A stretch of 64,000 nt of DNA. Origin: a virus (lineage: Duplodnaviria; Caudoviricetes). A program made the translations under genes and the position numbers. The notes under the pieces are model-generated. The model saw only the letters and a list, made by a program, of their open reading frames with translations. It had not been told where the DNA came from and made no database searches. Location: the IMG/VR virus record IMGVR_UViG_3300012983_000031, positions 1 through 64,000 of that record; one strand, 5' to 3'. Numbering within the stretch: the first letter of the stretch is position 1; every line of letters starts with the position of its first letter. Positions 9,527 through 20,252 of the stretch are shown here, one piece after another.

Positions 9527-10168
9527 ATGACAGCAGTATTTGGATTTGATTTCTCTTGTTCAAAACCAGCAATGACATCATACATAGACGGCAAGATTGA
9601 ATTTTACGTATGGCCAGCTGAAATTGATGATGTTTCACTTGAAAAGCTGACTTCATGTGGAGCTCACATATTCAACCGCGAACTCCATAAGATAAAGCCA
9701 AAATCCCTTGATCAGCATCAGCTCATAATCGAGCACACGACGCGAGCAACAAAACTTTCCGAAATGATTCTTGACACTATAAATGAAATATGTGAAAAGA
9801 ACAACATCAAGCGTTCTGATGTGTATGTGGCAAATGAAAGCTTCGCATTCTCAAGAAGCGGAAACGCCACCTTGCAACTTGCAGGATACAAGTACATCCT
9901 GATGCATGATCTGATGAAGAACGGATACACAAATCTCAAGACATATTCCCCAATAAGGATAAAAAAGACTGCTGGTTGCTCACAGAAAGGTTTGGGAAAG
10001 GAAGCGATGATTAACGCCATGGCGAAAGAACCAGCATCTAACATGTTCATGGATTTCTTGCAAAACCATAACGATGTTCTCAGAAAAAAGACAAACTATG
10101 TTCTTTGCATGGATGACATAGCGGATTCTTACTGGAACATGAAAACTTGCCTCGCAGACATAGGATAA
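9527..10168 (+). CDS. RuvC-like Holliday junction resolvase
   Basis: RNase H-fold acidic motifs GFDFS, ANESFAF, P-x-x-IKK, DDIADSY. Confidence 0.8.
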   Translation: MTAVFGFDFSCSKPAMTSYIDGKIEFYVWPAEIDDVSLEKLTSCGAHIFNRELHKIKPKSLDQHQLIIEHTTRATKLSEMILDTINEICEKNNIKRSDVYVANESFAFSRSGNATLQLAGYKYILMHDLMKNGYTNLKTYSPIRIKKTAGCSQKGLGKEAMINAMAKEPASNMFMDFLQNHNDVLRKKTNYVLCMDDIADSYWNMKTCLADIG

Positions 10169-10170
10169 TA

Positions 10171-12279
10171 ATGAAAATCATAAGAATCAGGATAGACACA
10201 GCTCAGTTTGACAACTCGATGGATCTTATCGAGTACGATGACTATACGCTTTACAAAACAATATGCGAAACAGATCAAGGAAAACTAGAATATTCAACAT
10301 CTGGATACAACATATACAGCGCAAGCGACAAATACATTTCACCATCATATTACGATGACTGGCGTTCAGAAGTTGAAAATGTAATAATCAGCCACAATAA
10401 CCAAATAATAACGTTGACCGCAGATGAAGTAACAATAAGGTATGAAATGCTTGATTTTGATAAGCGAGGCGGATTCACTTATGAAAAGTATATGAATAAT
10501 GAAAAAATAGAAGAAGGTCATGGATGGGGAAAAGATGTCCAAACACAAGTTGAATATGATGCGTGGATTCATGCGGCTAACGAATATAAACAAAAAATGC
10601 TGATTGAAACGCCAACAGACAAGATGAAGAAAAAGCTCAAAAAACTGGAACAAGCCATAGATGCGCTTGACGATGATCTTCCTGAAGATTTGCCATATGA
10701 CATACCTTTGATGGGAACATCTATTCCAGAACTTGGCACAGATCCATGCAAATATGTTGAAGATGTCAAACAAGCCGCAAAATCCGCAGCAGAAACAATA
10801 GCTGGAATGCCGCCGCCAAAAGAAACCCTAAACAGAAACATACATATTGCGCATCACAATGCCAAAAACACTGTGAGACGAGAAGTTGGTTCACAAGTAA
10901 AAATTGTGCGTCATGCTGCTGATCCGATTTTCCAGGGACTTGATGAATCAGAAAAATACTTCGATGAACTCAACGCACGCTGGGAAGAGATAAAAAGATC
11001 AGAATCACACGCCGTTGGAATATTTGAGGTGATATCTGAAAATCAATTCTTTCCACCTATAGAATACAATTACAGCAACGCCGAACTAATAGACGGAGAG
11101 TACGGGTATGGATGTGTCGATGCAAAAAAGCTAACGGCTGAAGGGACAAAAAATCTCAACATAATCATGAATTACCTGATGAGCATAGAGATGAAGATAA
11201 AAGACAGCAAAGGAAATGTTTTACGTGTAGAAAAACTACAGAAATTTCAGGCGGCTGGTCTTGCAGGAAACTTCATGAGAGAATCTGGTTGTTTACCAAC
11301 AGCTCTAAACAAATCTTCTGGCGCATATGGAATAGCACAATGGATAGGTGTTACAGCTACAGGTGCAGTATATCACAGAAGAAAAATACTTGAAAACATG
11401 TTTGGCAAAAATCCTTCATTGATACAACAATTAAACTTTGTTGAGCATGAACTAAATACAACACATAAATCTGGTTGGACACATCTTGTTGCATCAAAAA
11501 CAACAAGAGAAGCCGCACGAATGGCAATGGGATATTATGAATTTTCAGCTGGTCCTGAAGGTGCAATAAGGGACATGAACAAATACAATCAAGATGGAGA
11601 GGGTGCAATGGAAGAAGGAATAGCAAACGCTTTGTGGATCATGGATGAACCATGTGAACAAGTGCCAAAATTTCCAAGTTCAACAGAAAACATTGACACA
11701 TCCCAATATGTACCAAGAGGGGATGAATCAATGAACGAATATAAGGAAGTCACTTACCTCAACATATATAATAGAGGATCTAAATATGAAAACAGAAAGG
11801 TCATAACGAACGAGCTTGCAAGACAGCATATAGGTGAGGCGATGAGAAACCTTTGGGTTCCAATCCGTAAGGCATGGAACGCATATATGGAAAGCCAGCA
11901 TCAGAATCCATCGTGGACAATAACATCTGGATACAGACCTGTAGGATATCATTATTCTGGAGGCGGAACGCAATCAAACAACGGTTCAGCTCACATATAT
12001 GGATATGCAATCGATGTTCAACCGTATTTCACAGATAATTCATCAAAAAGAGCGAACGTCAAAAAACTGGCTGCATTTATCAAATCGTTCCTTTCACAAA
12101 ACAGGCAATACCCGTTTGATCAGATTCTTGTGGAATACACTGGAAATTTCAATACAACTGGATCGGCATGGGTTCACATAGGATACAGGAGACCAAATGG
12201 GGATCAAAGACGTGAATACTGGGGTGCTTATGCTGCGAACGCTGGTAAGGGTCAACACGGACAAAAGGAAATCATTTAA
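10171..12279 (+). CDS. Peptidoglycan hydrolase: phage tail-lysozyme-type domain plus peptidase M15 domain
   Basis: AAGLAGNFMRESG...GAYGIAQW...QQLNFVEHEL (lysozyme); ITSGYRP...SAHIYGYAID...DQILVEY...WVHIG (M15); ATG at 10171. Confidence 0.85.
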   Translation: MKIIRIRIDTAQFDNSMDLIEYDDYTLYKTICETDQGKLEYSTSGYNIYSASDKYISPSYYDDWRSEVENVIISHNNQIITLTADEVTIRYEMLDFDKRGGFTYEKYMNNEKIEEGHGWGKDVQTQVEYDAWIHAANEYKQKMLIETPTDKMKKKLKKLEQAIDALDDDLPEDLPYDIPLMGTSIPELGTDPCKYVEDVKQAAKSAAETIAGMPPPKETLNRNIHIAHHNAKNTVRREVGSQVKIVRHAADPIFQGLDESEKYFDELNARWEEIKRSESHAVGIFEVISENQFFPPIEYNYSNAELIDGEYGYGCVDAKKLTAEGTKNLNIIMNYLMSIEMKIKDSKGNVLRVEKLQKFQAAGLAGNFMRESGCLPTALNKSSGAYGIAQWIGVTATGAVYHRRKILENMFGKNPSLIQQLNFVEHELNTTHKSGWTHLVASKTTREAARMAMGYYEFSAGPEGAIRDMNKYNQDGEGAMEEGIANALWIMDEPCEQVPKFPSSTENIDTSQYVPRGDESMNEYKEVTYLNIYNRGSKYENRKVITNELARQHIGEAMRNLWVPIRKAWNAYMESQHQNPSWTITSGYRPVGYHYSGGGTQSNNGSAHIYGYAIDVQPYFTDNSSKRANVKKLAAFIKSFLSQNRQYPFDQILVEYTGNFNTTGSAWVHIGYRRPNGDQRREYWGAYAANAGKGQHGQKEII

Positions 12280-12282
12280 GCC

Positions 12283-12810
12283 ATGGATGAAGAGTATTTA
12301 GAAGAATATGATGAGCAAACTGACATCGACGCGCTTGAAACAGAAATGGCGACGATGAAGCTTCGTCTGTATCAAGAAATGGACAATATGACATCCCGTG
12401 ACAGAAGCGTGTTCATTAAACTGATACAAATGAATACAATCAATGAAGCACTTGACGCTGCGTGTAACCTAAAAAAAACATCGGAATCAACATGGAAACG
12501 CGTTCTTGGAAAACTTAACGCAATAAAGGGAATAAAGAACGCAACGGACAAAAGCGGATTTGATTTTGACAAACTTCTGGAAATATTATTGCCAGCTCTT
12601 GGCATGCTTGCTGGAACACTCCTGGCATTGAGACAATTTGAAAAAGCTTCATCTGATGCGGCAAAGCCAAAAGAAAACAAAAAAGACGAGGAACTGCATC
12701 TTAAAGCAAAAGCTGCAATAGAGGCAAAAAAGATAAAGAGTGTAATATTACAATATTGTTCAAACAACGAAAACGGTTATTCAATTGATGGCAGCACAGG
12801 ATCCAAATAG
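12283..12810 (+). CDS. Hypothetical protein with one hydrophobic helix
   Basis: Tightly packed in the operon; LLEILLPALGMLAGTLLAL segment. Confidence 0.75.
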   Translation: MDEEYLEEYDEQTDIDALETEMATMKLRLYQEMDNMTSRDRSVFIKLIQMNTINEALDAACNLKKTSESTWKRVLGKLNAIKGIKNATDKSGFDFDKLLEILLPALGMLAGTLLALRQFEKASSDAAKPKENKKDEELHLKAKAAIEAKKIKSVILQYCSNNENGYSIDGSTGSK

Positions 12811-15070
12811 TTTAGAGTCAAAATTAGGATGCATATCAATATGCCCTCCTGAAGTCAAAACGAGATTCGAGGATCTCGCTTCTGTAAGATCTGATGCAGC
12901 AACATCGGACAGGTTTATCGTGGAGTTCGGATATCCAAAAACACAAATAATGGTAACAGAAGGACAACGCATAAAAATGAATGACATGATTGCTACGATG
13001 AAAGGAATCGCCGTTAAATCAAAAATAATAGGAACAGTAACAGAAGTCCACGAAAACTACATCATAGGGAAATATGAGACAGATGTTTCAAAAATGGTTG
13101 GAATATCTGAAAATTCAACACAGCAGGAAATAGAGGATCTTGTTAGCAAAGATGATATGAACATAAGCGATCTGAATGAAATAATGCAGCGAACCACACA
13201 GGCAGAAATGTTCATTAAAGATTACATCCTTTATTTCAGACAGGCAGATATAGCCTGCAATTATCTAACCCACGTTTCACCAACAACATCATACACGGGA
13301 AACACGACATCCAGGATATGCAATTCATACAGAAATGCTGCAAAATCGCTATCTGAAAAATACAACGAATCGCTAATGGATGTATGTGGTGCTGACAATG
13401 TTCAGCAATACTGTGAAAATAATGACATGATGGGTCTGAAAGCTGAAATAGATTCAAGAAAAAAGCAGTTTTACGGAAAAATCATGTACATGTACAACAA
13501 TGTAAATGATTTCGGATACAATAAGGGAACGATAATGGATCAGATGTTGTTTGATGAATATCTTGATTACATAACTGGAGAGGATTTCTATTATGATGAC
13601 AGCAACCCATATGTCGTTGAACTGATGCATCACCTAACATCTTTCCTTCAGATAAGAAGCAGACTTGAATATAATGCAACAAACATAAAATCACTGATAA
13701 CAAAATTCAACGCATTATGTGATGATACAATCAAAAAATATTGGAAATCAGAATCTTACGATTATTATAGAAGATTAAAAACAATCTTTCAATATGATTT
13801 CTACGCAGATGACGAAAATGACTTGATACAGGCGAAGATAGATGACAAAAACAGAACAACGCTGTATTCAAAGGTGTTGAAATATCTTGAGACACTGTGC
13901 AAATATGTTCCACCAGCATCATTGGCTGACAAATACAAGTCAATGGACATGGAGACAATCATCAAAAACCCTAACGTAGAGGAATCCCCAGAAGATGCGG
14001 AAATGAAAAATCTGTACAATCGTCTTATGAAAATATCCATATCTTTCGTGCAAGTCAGAAGGGTTGAGAACGACATAGATGAAGAATACCTCACATCATA
14101 TATTGATGAGGAAGAATATGATGAACTACTGGAAGCGGCAACAGAACTGACAGAGAACTCTAAATCTACATCCATCAATGAACTCGTAAAAAAGTGGGAA
14201 CACGAAGAAATTACAAGAGCCTTAAATACAAGCAACCAGTACGATGGTCAAGTAAGCACATTTGAAAGAAAATATCTTGATCCTTTCCTCATCCTTTCAA
14301 AAAATGAAAGTAAAATCCTGAGAGAATTAGCAGATAAGGCAATAAGTTATTATAATAAACACATCAATCAGATAGAAAGCGGCGAACTTTTTGACAAATA
14401 CAAAGAAGCGAACTGGGGAGGAAAAAACAAAGTATATAAAGATAACATACCACATGATTTCTACTTCATAGATGAACCGCTTACAATAAAAGAAGAAAAA
14501 GAAAAGGAACTTCCAATATATCCAGAAAATTCACACCTGACAGCATGTGGAGTGAATGAATACAATTACTGGCTTAGATATTGTACAATAGCAACAATTG
14601 TTAACTGCACTATGCCGTCATACTGGGCAACAGGAATTGTAATAGACGGTGCCCCTATACCAATGCCCATCATATATATACCATACACCGTTCTTTACGG
14701 AAGAGTAACTGTTGTCATAGGTGTTGGGATATGCGGAATATGCACATTACCAATGCTGTTGTTTGTCAATCTTGGAAACATACCTGGCTCATTGATGCCA
14801 GCTCTGAATATGCTTATTGATATGATGAAAATGCTTTGCAAATTAATAATGAGCAAAGCTGACCAATCATCAAAACTATCAGCCAACATGCTAATCACAA
14901 TGCAGGATCAAATAATCAATCAGCTAAAACTTGAAAAATCTAATTTGGAAAACCAAATATACATATTGAAATCAGGTGTCGAAACAGATAAGGAAACATT
15001 AAGAAACCTAAGAAAAAAACTGAAAAAAGACCCGACATCAAATTCAAACGAAGATCATAATTGCGATTAA
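12788..15070 (+). CDS. Hypothetical (probably structural) protein with hydrophobic C-terminal region
   Basis: 760-aa ORF ending a late operon at a terminator. Confidence 0.8.
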   Translation: MAAQDPNSLESKLGCISICPPEVKTRFEDLASVRSDAATSDRFIVEFGYPKTQIMVTEGQRIKMNDMIATMKGIAVKSKIIGTVTEVHENYIIGKYETDVSKMVGISENSTQQEIEDLVSKDDMNISDLNEIMQRTTQAEMFIKDYILYFRQADIACNYLTHVSPTTSYTGNTTSRICNSYRNAAKSLSEKYNESLMDVCGADNVQQYCENNDMMGLKAEIDSRKKQFYGKIMYMYNNVNDFGYNKGTIMDQMLFDEYLDYITGEDFYYDDSNPYVVELMHHLTSFLQIRSRLEYNATNIKSLITKFNALCDDTIKKYWKSESYDYYRRLKTIFQYDFYADDENDLIQAKIDDKNRTTLYSKVLKYLETLCKYVPPASLADKYKSMDMETIIKNPNVEESPEDAEMKNLYNRLMKISISFVQVRRVENDIDEEYLTSYIDEEEYDELLEAATELTENSKSTSINELVKKWEHEEITRALNTSNQYDGQVSTFERKYLDPFLILSKNESKILRELADKAISYYNKHINQIESGELFDKYKEANWGGKNKVYKDNIPHDFYFIDEPLTIKEEKEKELPIYPENSHLTACGVNEYNYWLRYCTIATIVNCTMPSYWATGIVIDGAPIPMPIIYIPYTVLYGRVTVVIGVGICGICTLPMLLFVNLGNIPGSLMPALNMLIDMMKMLCKLIMSKADQSSKLSANMLITMQDQIINQLKLEKSNLENQIYILKSGVETDKETLRNLRKKLKKDPTSNSNEDHNCD

Positions 15071-15071
15071 A

Positions 15072-15099
15072 AAAGGATCCCCGATTTCGAGGATCCTTT
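15072..15099. terminator. Bidirectional intrinsic terminator
   Basis: AAAGGATCC-ccgatttcga-GGATCCTTT between convergent genes. Confidence 0.85.
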
Positions 15100-15112
15100 A
15101 TTTTTCTAACCT

Positions 15113-16282
15113 TTAAAGTTTTGCGAGAACATCGTCCATATTCATACCTGACACTGGAGCTGCAACAGGAGCATCTACGGACTTTGGTGTCACCGTTGGT
15201 GGTGTTACACCTGTAACGCCTGGCATAACTGGTGCTGCTGTTGGCATTGGTGCTGCGGCAGGTGGTGGTGTCGCACCTGGGAATACTGGCGCAGATGCTG
15301 GTGGTTGAACTGCACCTGGGAATACTGGCGCAGATGCTGGTGGTGGAACTGCACCTGGAGCTGGTGCTGCACCTGGGAATACTGGAGCCGACGTTGGAGG
15401 TGGAACTGCACCTGGAGTTGGCTGAGAACCAGGAATAAACGGTTGCGCTGGTGCTGGTGTAGCTGGTGCTGGTGTAGCAGAAGCGAGTGTTCCGCTTGCC
15501 ATGAAATTCGCACAATTCGCAAGAACTGACTGAACATGAGCAGTCTGCTCCTCTGTCCAAGGATGATAATCATACTTGGAAAGGTCTGGAGAATTTGTCT
15601 TCAAATACTCAACAAGAACTTCCTGATCCGTGTTCTCATCAACGATTGAGTAAGAATTTGGATTCTTTGGATCCACATACCACATACCTGATGGTAGAAT
15701 CTGGTTGCCATTCTTCTCATCGAAGAAACCTGACTGATCGAAGTTGTTGAATCCAGATTGGTTGGTGCAAATCAACGAGAACTTACGCCCGTAAATTGGA
15801 TGGAACGGATTGATTCCCTGCTGTCCAGATGGAGGAAACTCCTCATTGTGAAGCTTCTCCTGAACCTTCTTGCCATAAACCCAAATCTTAATCTGACCTA
15901 CAAGTTCTGGATGCTGTTCATCAGACATAATCTGAACAAGTGATGCATACTGCTTCTTCGATCCGAGATACGTCTTTGCAAACTCAACATAACTTGGAAT
16001 GCCAGTATGATAGAACTTGAAGAACATGTCTGTTACTGGAGAGAACTCTCCAATGCTCTTAGGATCATCCACATACAACCCCTTGTGTGTAATTGGGTCT
16101 TTCACCCATGATACCTCCTTCTCCATCTGACAATGGCTTGGGTCTGCATACCAAGGAATGAATCGGATGACCGAACGATAAATTCCATTCTTTCCTTCTT
16201 TAAATGATACTCTGTACTGATCGGTGTTCTTTCTGTCTTCTTTAACGCCGCCTGTTGGATTAAAAATGTCGATTGATGCCAT
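15113..16282 (-). CDS. gp32: Single-stranded DNA-binding protein, T4 gp32-like, with Pro/Ala-rich tail
   Basis: [44 protein letters not shown]; C-terminus DDVLAKL. Confidence 0.85.
   Translation of the reverse strand: MASIDIFNPTGGVKEDRKNTDQYRVSFKEGKNGIYRSVIRFIPWYADPSHCQMEKEVSWVKDPITHKGLYVDDPKSIGEFSPVTDMFFKFYHTGIPSYVEFAKTYLGSKKQYASLVQIMSDEQHPELVGQIKIWVYGKKVQEKLHNEEFPPSGQQGINPFHPIYGRKFSLICTNQSGFNNFDQSGFFDEKNGNQILPSGMWYVDPKNPNSYSIVDENTDQEVLVEYLKTNSPDLSKYDYHPWTEEQTAHVQSVLANCANFMASGTLASATPAPATPAPAQPFIPGSQPTPGAVPPPTSAPVFPGAAPAPGAVPPPASAPVFPGAVQPPASAPVFPGATPPPAAAPMPTAAPVMPGVTGVTPPTVTPKSVDAPVAAPVSGMNMDDVLAKL
15160..15480 (-). repeat. Pro/Ala-rich coding repeats ([12 protein letters not shown]) in the SSB tail
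   Basis: gcacctgggaatactgg repeated at about 15273, 15312 and 15369. Confidence 0.85.
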
Positions 16283-16372
16283 AATTAATTCTTTTTTAAA
16301 TTTTTGATATTCTTTTAATTATTAAAAAAATTATTGATTAAACTATCAAATATTCTTTTTAAATTCTTTTGT

Positions 16373-17380
16373 TCACGCTTTATTTATCTTCCTGTAAATA
16401 TACAACAACTTATCCTTTATATCAGGGCTAAAGCTGTCAAATTTTGATACATCGGAAGAAAACGTTACAACAAGAATCCTAAATATATTCTTATACACAT
16501 CACTACTCATGCAAACTAACTTAATAGGTAACGATAACTTCGTGTAATCAAGATCACCAATATAGCCAGCAGCAGGAGGAAGGAGATCTTCTGGTTCAAG
16601 ATAATGCCTCGTGAACAAGTTCGTCTTATCAACATACAAAACGAACAATTTTGAAATCTTATCTATGTATGATTGTCTACTGTTCATGATCGCTTTGGCA
16701 TCATCAATATCATAGATGACATTGCAAAAGTTCTCAAGAACTGTATCCCTGTATAATTTCTTTGTTGTCTTTTCAATATGAGGCGTTACATCATTGACAG
16801 TAATCTTATAATTAAGCCTTCCAGATGTAAGTATGATGCCTTCAATTTCTTCAATTCCATTTCCTGACCATGTTTTTCCTCCTGTGAAAAATTCCACCAA
16901 GGCAACAGGATCATGTCTGTCAACTTCTTCTATTCCTTCAATTGATTCTCTGATAGCTATCGGAGTTAAATGCACTGTGCTAAGTATTCTCGAAAGTTCG
17001 ACAATATCATTCTTTTGTTTTTCTTTTGTATAAAAATGACCGATGATGAACTTTTCTTTAATATTTGGATATCTGATGATTTTTGTCTGGGACCAGGACT
17101 TGCAGAAAAAACCTATCTCTGACGCTCCAAATTTCTCTGTCAATTCTGTTGAGTTCGCTACTACAAAGTTCGTATAATATTCTTTAATGTCTTTGTACAC
17201 CGAATTAACAAGACAATCAATATCCGTTATCGGCTTATTCTTTGAATTAAGCAATTCTGTTCCTTCTTCGTTAATCTTTACCTTAAACTGAATGAGATCC
17301 AGCTTCTCATTTACGATGACAGGATGGCTCATCATATACTGCAGATTATCTTCTGTTATTTCTTTAAATTCTTTTATCAT
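16373..17380 (-). CDS. Hypothetical protein, RNA/DNA-ligase-like nucleotidyltransferase fold (degenerate)
   Basis: VNEKLDL resembles motif I (KxDG); EIEGIIL...YKI resembles motifs IV/V. Confidence 0.5.
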   Translation of the reverse strand: MIKEFKEITEDNLQYMMSHPVIVNEKLDLIQFKVKINEEGTELLNSKNKPITDIDCLVNSVYKDIKEYYTNFVVANSTELTEKFGASEIGFFCKSWSQTKIIRYPNIKEKFIIGHFYTKEKQKNDIVELSRILSTVHLTPIAIRESIEGIEEVDRHDPVALVEFFTGGKTWSGNGIEEIEGIILTSGRLNYKITVNDVTPHIEKTTKKLYRDTVLENFCNVIYDIDDAKAIMNSRQSYIDKISKLFVLYVDKTNLFTRHYLEPEDLLPPAAGYIGDLDYTKLSLPIKLVCMSSDVYKNIFRILVVTFSSDVSKFDSFSPDIKDKLLYIYRKINKA

Positions 17381-17404
17381 CTTTGTTCTTTTTTAATTCT
17401 GTTG

Positions 17405-17412
17405 CAAAGTTA
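17405..17412 (-). promoter_or_regulatory. Bacteroidota-type -7 promoter element (TAACTTTG)
   Basis: AAAGTTGTAACTTTGCAAA-type context, AAAGTTGTAACTTTGCAAC identical to the site at 22387. Confidence 0.7.
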
Positions 17413-17453
17413 CAACTTTTTTTTGACATAGAAAAATGTTTTCGCAAAAAAGT

Positions 17454-19133
17454 TTATATTTTTTTCAAAACTGAATATTCAGATGTCTTTTCAACAACAA
17501 TATGCTCATCAAAAAGGTTCTCGTCCAGCGTCGTGTGAGACACTATGAAAATGTTAAGACACATTTCACGGGAAATCTCCTTCAGGTATTTTATGATTTC
17601 TGTGCTGCTTTCATAATCAAGTGAACTCACAGTTTCATCCAAACAAACAAGATTTATCTGAGGATACTTTCTCTTAATCATCTTCAGCAGCGAGCAAAGA
17701 ACAGTCAAATCAACCTTCTTATGCTCACCGATACTAAGATTCTTCGATTTAATCGACTTCCCCAAATAAGTCATGTGAGGATCAAAATTATTATCGAACT
17801 CCAGAGAATACGGAAAACCAAGGAAGCTCAAAGTTTCAGCAATCTCAGCATTCAATGAAGGAATATAATTATTCATCATCGTCTGCTTTATTCCATCCGC
17901 TGAATACATCGTCTCAATGATTTCCATCATCTTCATCTTCTCATTTGACTCCTTTATCCCCCTTTCTATTTCATCCTTTGTCTTATTTGTCGTGGCAATT
18001 ATGTTCTTGATGGCAGCTGACTCGCTGAGGTTCTTAGACGATGCCTCGATCCTCGTGAACTCATTGACAAGCTCATTCTTCTTCGCTGTAATCTTTCTAA
18101 TGTTTTCCTGAACAAGAGAAATCTGATCATTTATATTTGAAATCTCACCAGAAAGCAAACTTCGCTGCTGATTATATGAATTAACAGTTTCCTGTCTTGC
18201 ATCCATCTGCTCCTGGAGTTCGTTTTTAAGCGACACAAATTCGGATGAATTAAATGATGTACCGCAAGTCGGACACTTATCTTGATTAAACAAGTTTATC
18301 TTCTTCTGTATGTTTGCAATCTCATAATTTTCTGAATTGATCGCAAGCACAATTTTGTTGTCTGCCTGATACAACTCATTATACTTGGAACACAATTGCT
18401 GATATATTGAATTCTGATCATTATATAAAGCATCCACTTTGCCAAGCTTCATCTTAATCGCATCAAGCTTTTCCTGAACATTGTCATCAGTGTTTGTGCT
18501 CAAATTGTCAAGTTCCTGTTGTGATGTCTTTATTGTCTGATCAAGAGAATATATCTGAGAATTGCTTATATTGATTGCATTTCCAAGATCCTTCATGTCC
18601 TTTTTGACAAGTTCGTAAACCTTGTTGATTATCTCCAGCGAGAAAATCTTGTCAATGATGAGCCTCTTATCAGCTGGAGACATTGATATGAACGACTTGA
18701 AATTGTTAAGCGATAGACTCATGACGTTCGCAAATATGTTGTACGGCATATTATCAAGAATCTCGCTATCAATTACACCCTGCATGTTTTTAACGCCAGC
18801 TTTATCAATCGGTTCACCATTCTTTGTTATTGACAAAGCTGAAGGGGAAAATGTACGCTCTATCACATACATGTCACTGTTCTTCATGATTGTCCCAGAT
18901 ATCCAACCTTTCTTGTTGATCCAATTTGATATGTCCGCAACATCCACAGGTTTTCCGTCACCCCCTTCGGTCTTTCCAAAAAGAAGCAACTTCGGGATCG
19001 AAAGCAAGCTACTCTTTCCAGAACCAGATTTTCCAGAAAGCTGCCAAAGCTTTGCATCATCACCCAACTCAAGTTCAGTCACATCGTCTCCATACGAGAA
19101 TATGTTTCTCCATTGTAATTTTAATATCTTCAT
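17454..19133 (-). CDS. gp46: Recombination endonuclease ATPase subunit, gp46/SbcC-like
   Basis: Walker A GKSGSGKS; zinc hook CPTCG; signature LSIGE; Walker B LDE; IVSH. Confidence 0.93.
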   Translation of the reverse strand: MKILKLQWRNIFSYGDDVTELELGDDAKLWQLSGKSGSGKSSLLSIPKLLLFGKTEGGDGKPVDVADISNWINKKGWISGTIMKNSDMYVIERTFSPSALSITKNGEPIDKAGVKNMQGVIDSEILDNMPYNIFANVMSLSLNNFKSFISMSPADKRLIIDKIFSLEIINKVYELVKKDMKDLGNAINISNSQIYSLDQTIKTSQQELDNLSTNTDDNVQEKLDAIKMKLGKVDALYNDQNSIYQQLCSKYNELYQADNKIVLAINSENYEIANIQKKINLFNQDKCPTCGTSFNSSEFVSLKNELQEQMDARQETVNSYNQQRSLLSGEISNINDQISLVQENIRKITAKKNELVNEFTRIEASSKNLSESAAIKNIIATTNKTKDEIERGIKESNEKMKMMEIIETMYSADGIKQTMMNNYIPSLNAEIAETLSFLGFPYSLEFDNNFDPHMTYLGKSIKSKNLSIGEHKKVDLTVLCSLLKMIKRKYPQINLVCLDETVSSLDYESSTEIIKYLKEISREMCLNIFIVSHTTLDENLFDEHIVVEKTSEYSVLKKI

Positions 19134-20251
19134 GATAAAGCCTGTGTAAGATAATCAGTATTCATTTTATTAATAACCTTCTGTTGATCCTTAGTCAACT
19201 TGAATGCCCGAAGCTTTGTCTCAAAAATCTCCTCAATCGTAGCATCTGGCTTAACACTTAAATCAACAACTTCACCGCCGCCATCAACAACAGCCTGATC
19301 AACATTCACATTAACAACCTGTTTCTCTTCTATGATGTTTATATCCTTTGGCTTGTATTCCTGGAGTTCGTTCACAAACTTTGTCACATTCACTACATCA
19401 AGCTCACTCGTGGTGAAAACTATATATACATAATTGTTATGCACGATATCTTTCCAATCCTCAGCCTTTCTTCCAACCTCAGAGAAACGTTTCAATATAA
19501 ATTCTGGTGAAATATTGTTTCCAGTAAATGATATAGTCAACAACCCGTCATCTTCTGAGAAAAACGTATATATGCCCTTCTTGTTACCTATATCCATTCT
19601 GCTTGTATGATACGGCGAACCCAAGTATATTCCCCTTTTGCTTTCCTGTCTTTTATGTATATGCCCAGAAACAATCCTCATGTCATCCACGATATCAATA
19701 TTCAAACCATTAATGATTTTTCTGCCGTTGTCATATGACATGCCTGAAAGCTCAGTGTGGAAAACAAGTATATCATATTTGTCCTTGTTCTCCGCTATAA
19801 TCTTGTTTTCCTTTTTCATGTCACCGATCCATGAAACGAGAAGGAACTTCTTGTCATTCTTTATAACAAGTTCAGCAATATCATGAACAATGTTCACATT
19901 CTTTATATATGATAAAGGACGAAGTGAATTAATGTCAACATCATTGCTCTTGTATATGTCATGATTTCCGATTATCATGTAAACCTTGCATTCCTTCGCA
20001 ATAAGCTCCATAATGTCCAATGCAGTGTTAAGCACATTGATATCCACGAACTGCCTGTTATCAAAATAGTCGCCAGCGACAACAACGCAAGGGTGATTGG
20101 TCTTCTTGATCCTCTTCACATACGGAATAAAGAAATCCATGAAATACATTTTCATATTTTCAAGCCAATCAATCGATCCGTTCTTCACTCCAAAATGAAC
20201 GTCTGATATGAAAATTACTGAATCTATCTTTGGTTCGTTAAATGTTACCAT
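19130..20251 (-). CDS. gp47: Recombination endonuclease nuclease subunit, gp47/SbcD-like (start ATG 20251)
   Basis: SDVHFG, AGDYFD, GNHD and SGHIH phosphoesterase motifs; adjacent to gp46. Confidence 0.93.
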   Translation of the reverse strand: MVTFNEPKIDSVIFISDVHFGVKNGSIDWLENMKMYFMDFFIPYVKRIKKTNHPCVVVAGDYFDNRQFVDINVLNTALDIMELIAKECKVYMIIGNHDIYKSNDVDINSLRPLSYIKNVNIVHDIAELVIKNDKKFLLVSWIGDMKKENKIIAENKDKYDILVFHTELSGMSYDNGRKIINGLNIDIVDDMRIVSGHIHKRQESKRGIYLGSPYHTSRMDIGNKKGIYTFFSEDDGLLTISFTGNNISPEFILKRFSEVGRKAEDWKDIVHNNYVYIVFTTSELDVVNVTKFVNELQEYKPKDINIIEEKQVVNVNVDQAVVDGGGEVVDLSVKPDATIEEIFETKLRAFKLTKDQQKVINKMNTDYLTQALS

Positions 20252-20252
20252 G

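Noticed and set aside
14940-15573. Cys/Ser-rich, Gln/His-rich and Trp-rich ORFs over the SSB 3' end
   Set aside because: Shadow frames of the Pro/Ala repeat tail
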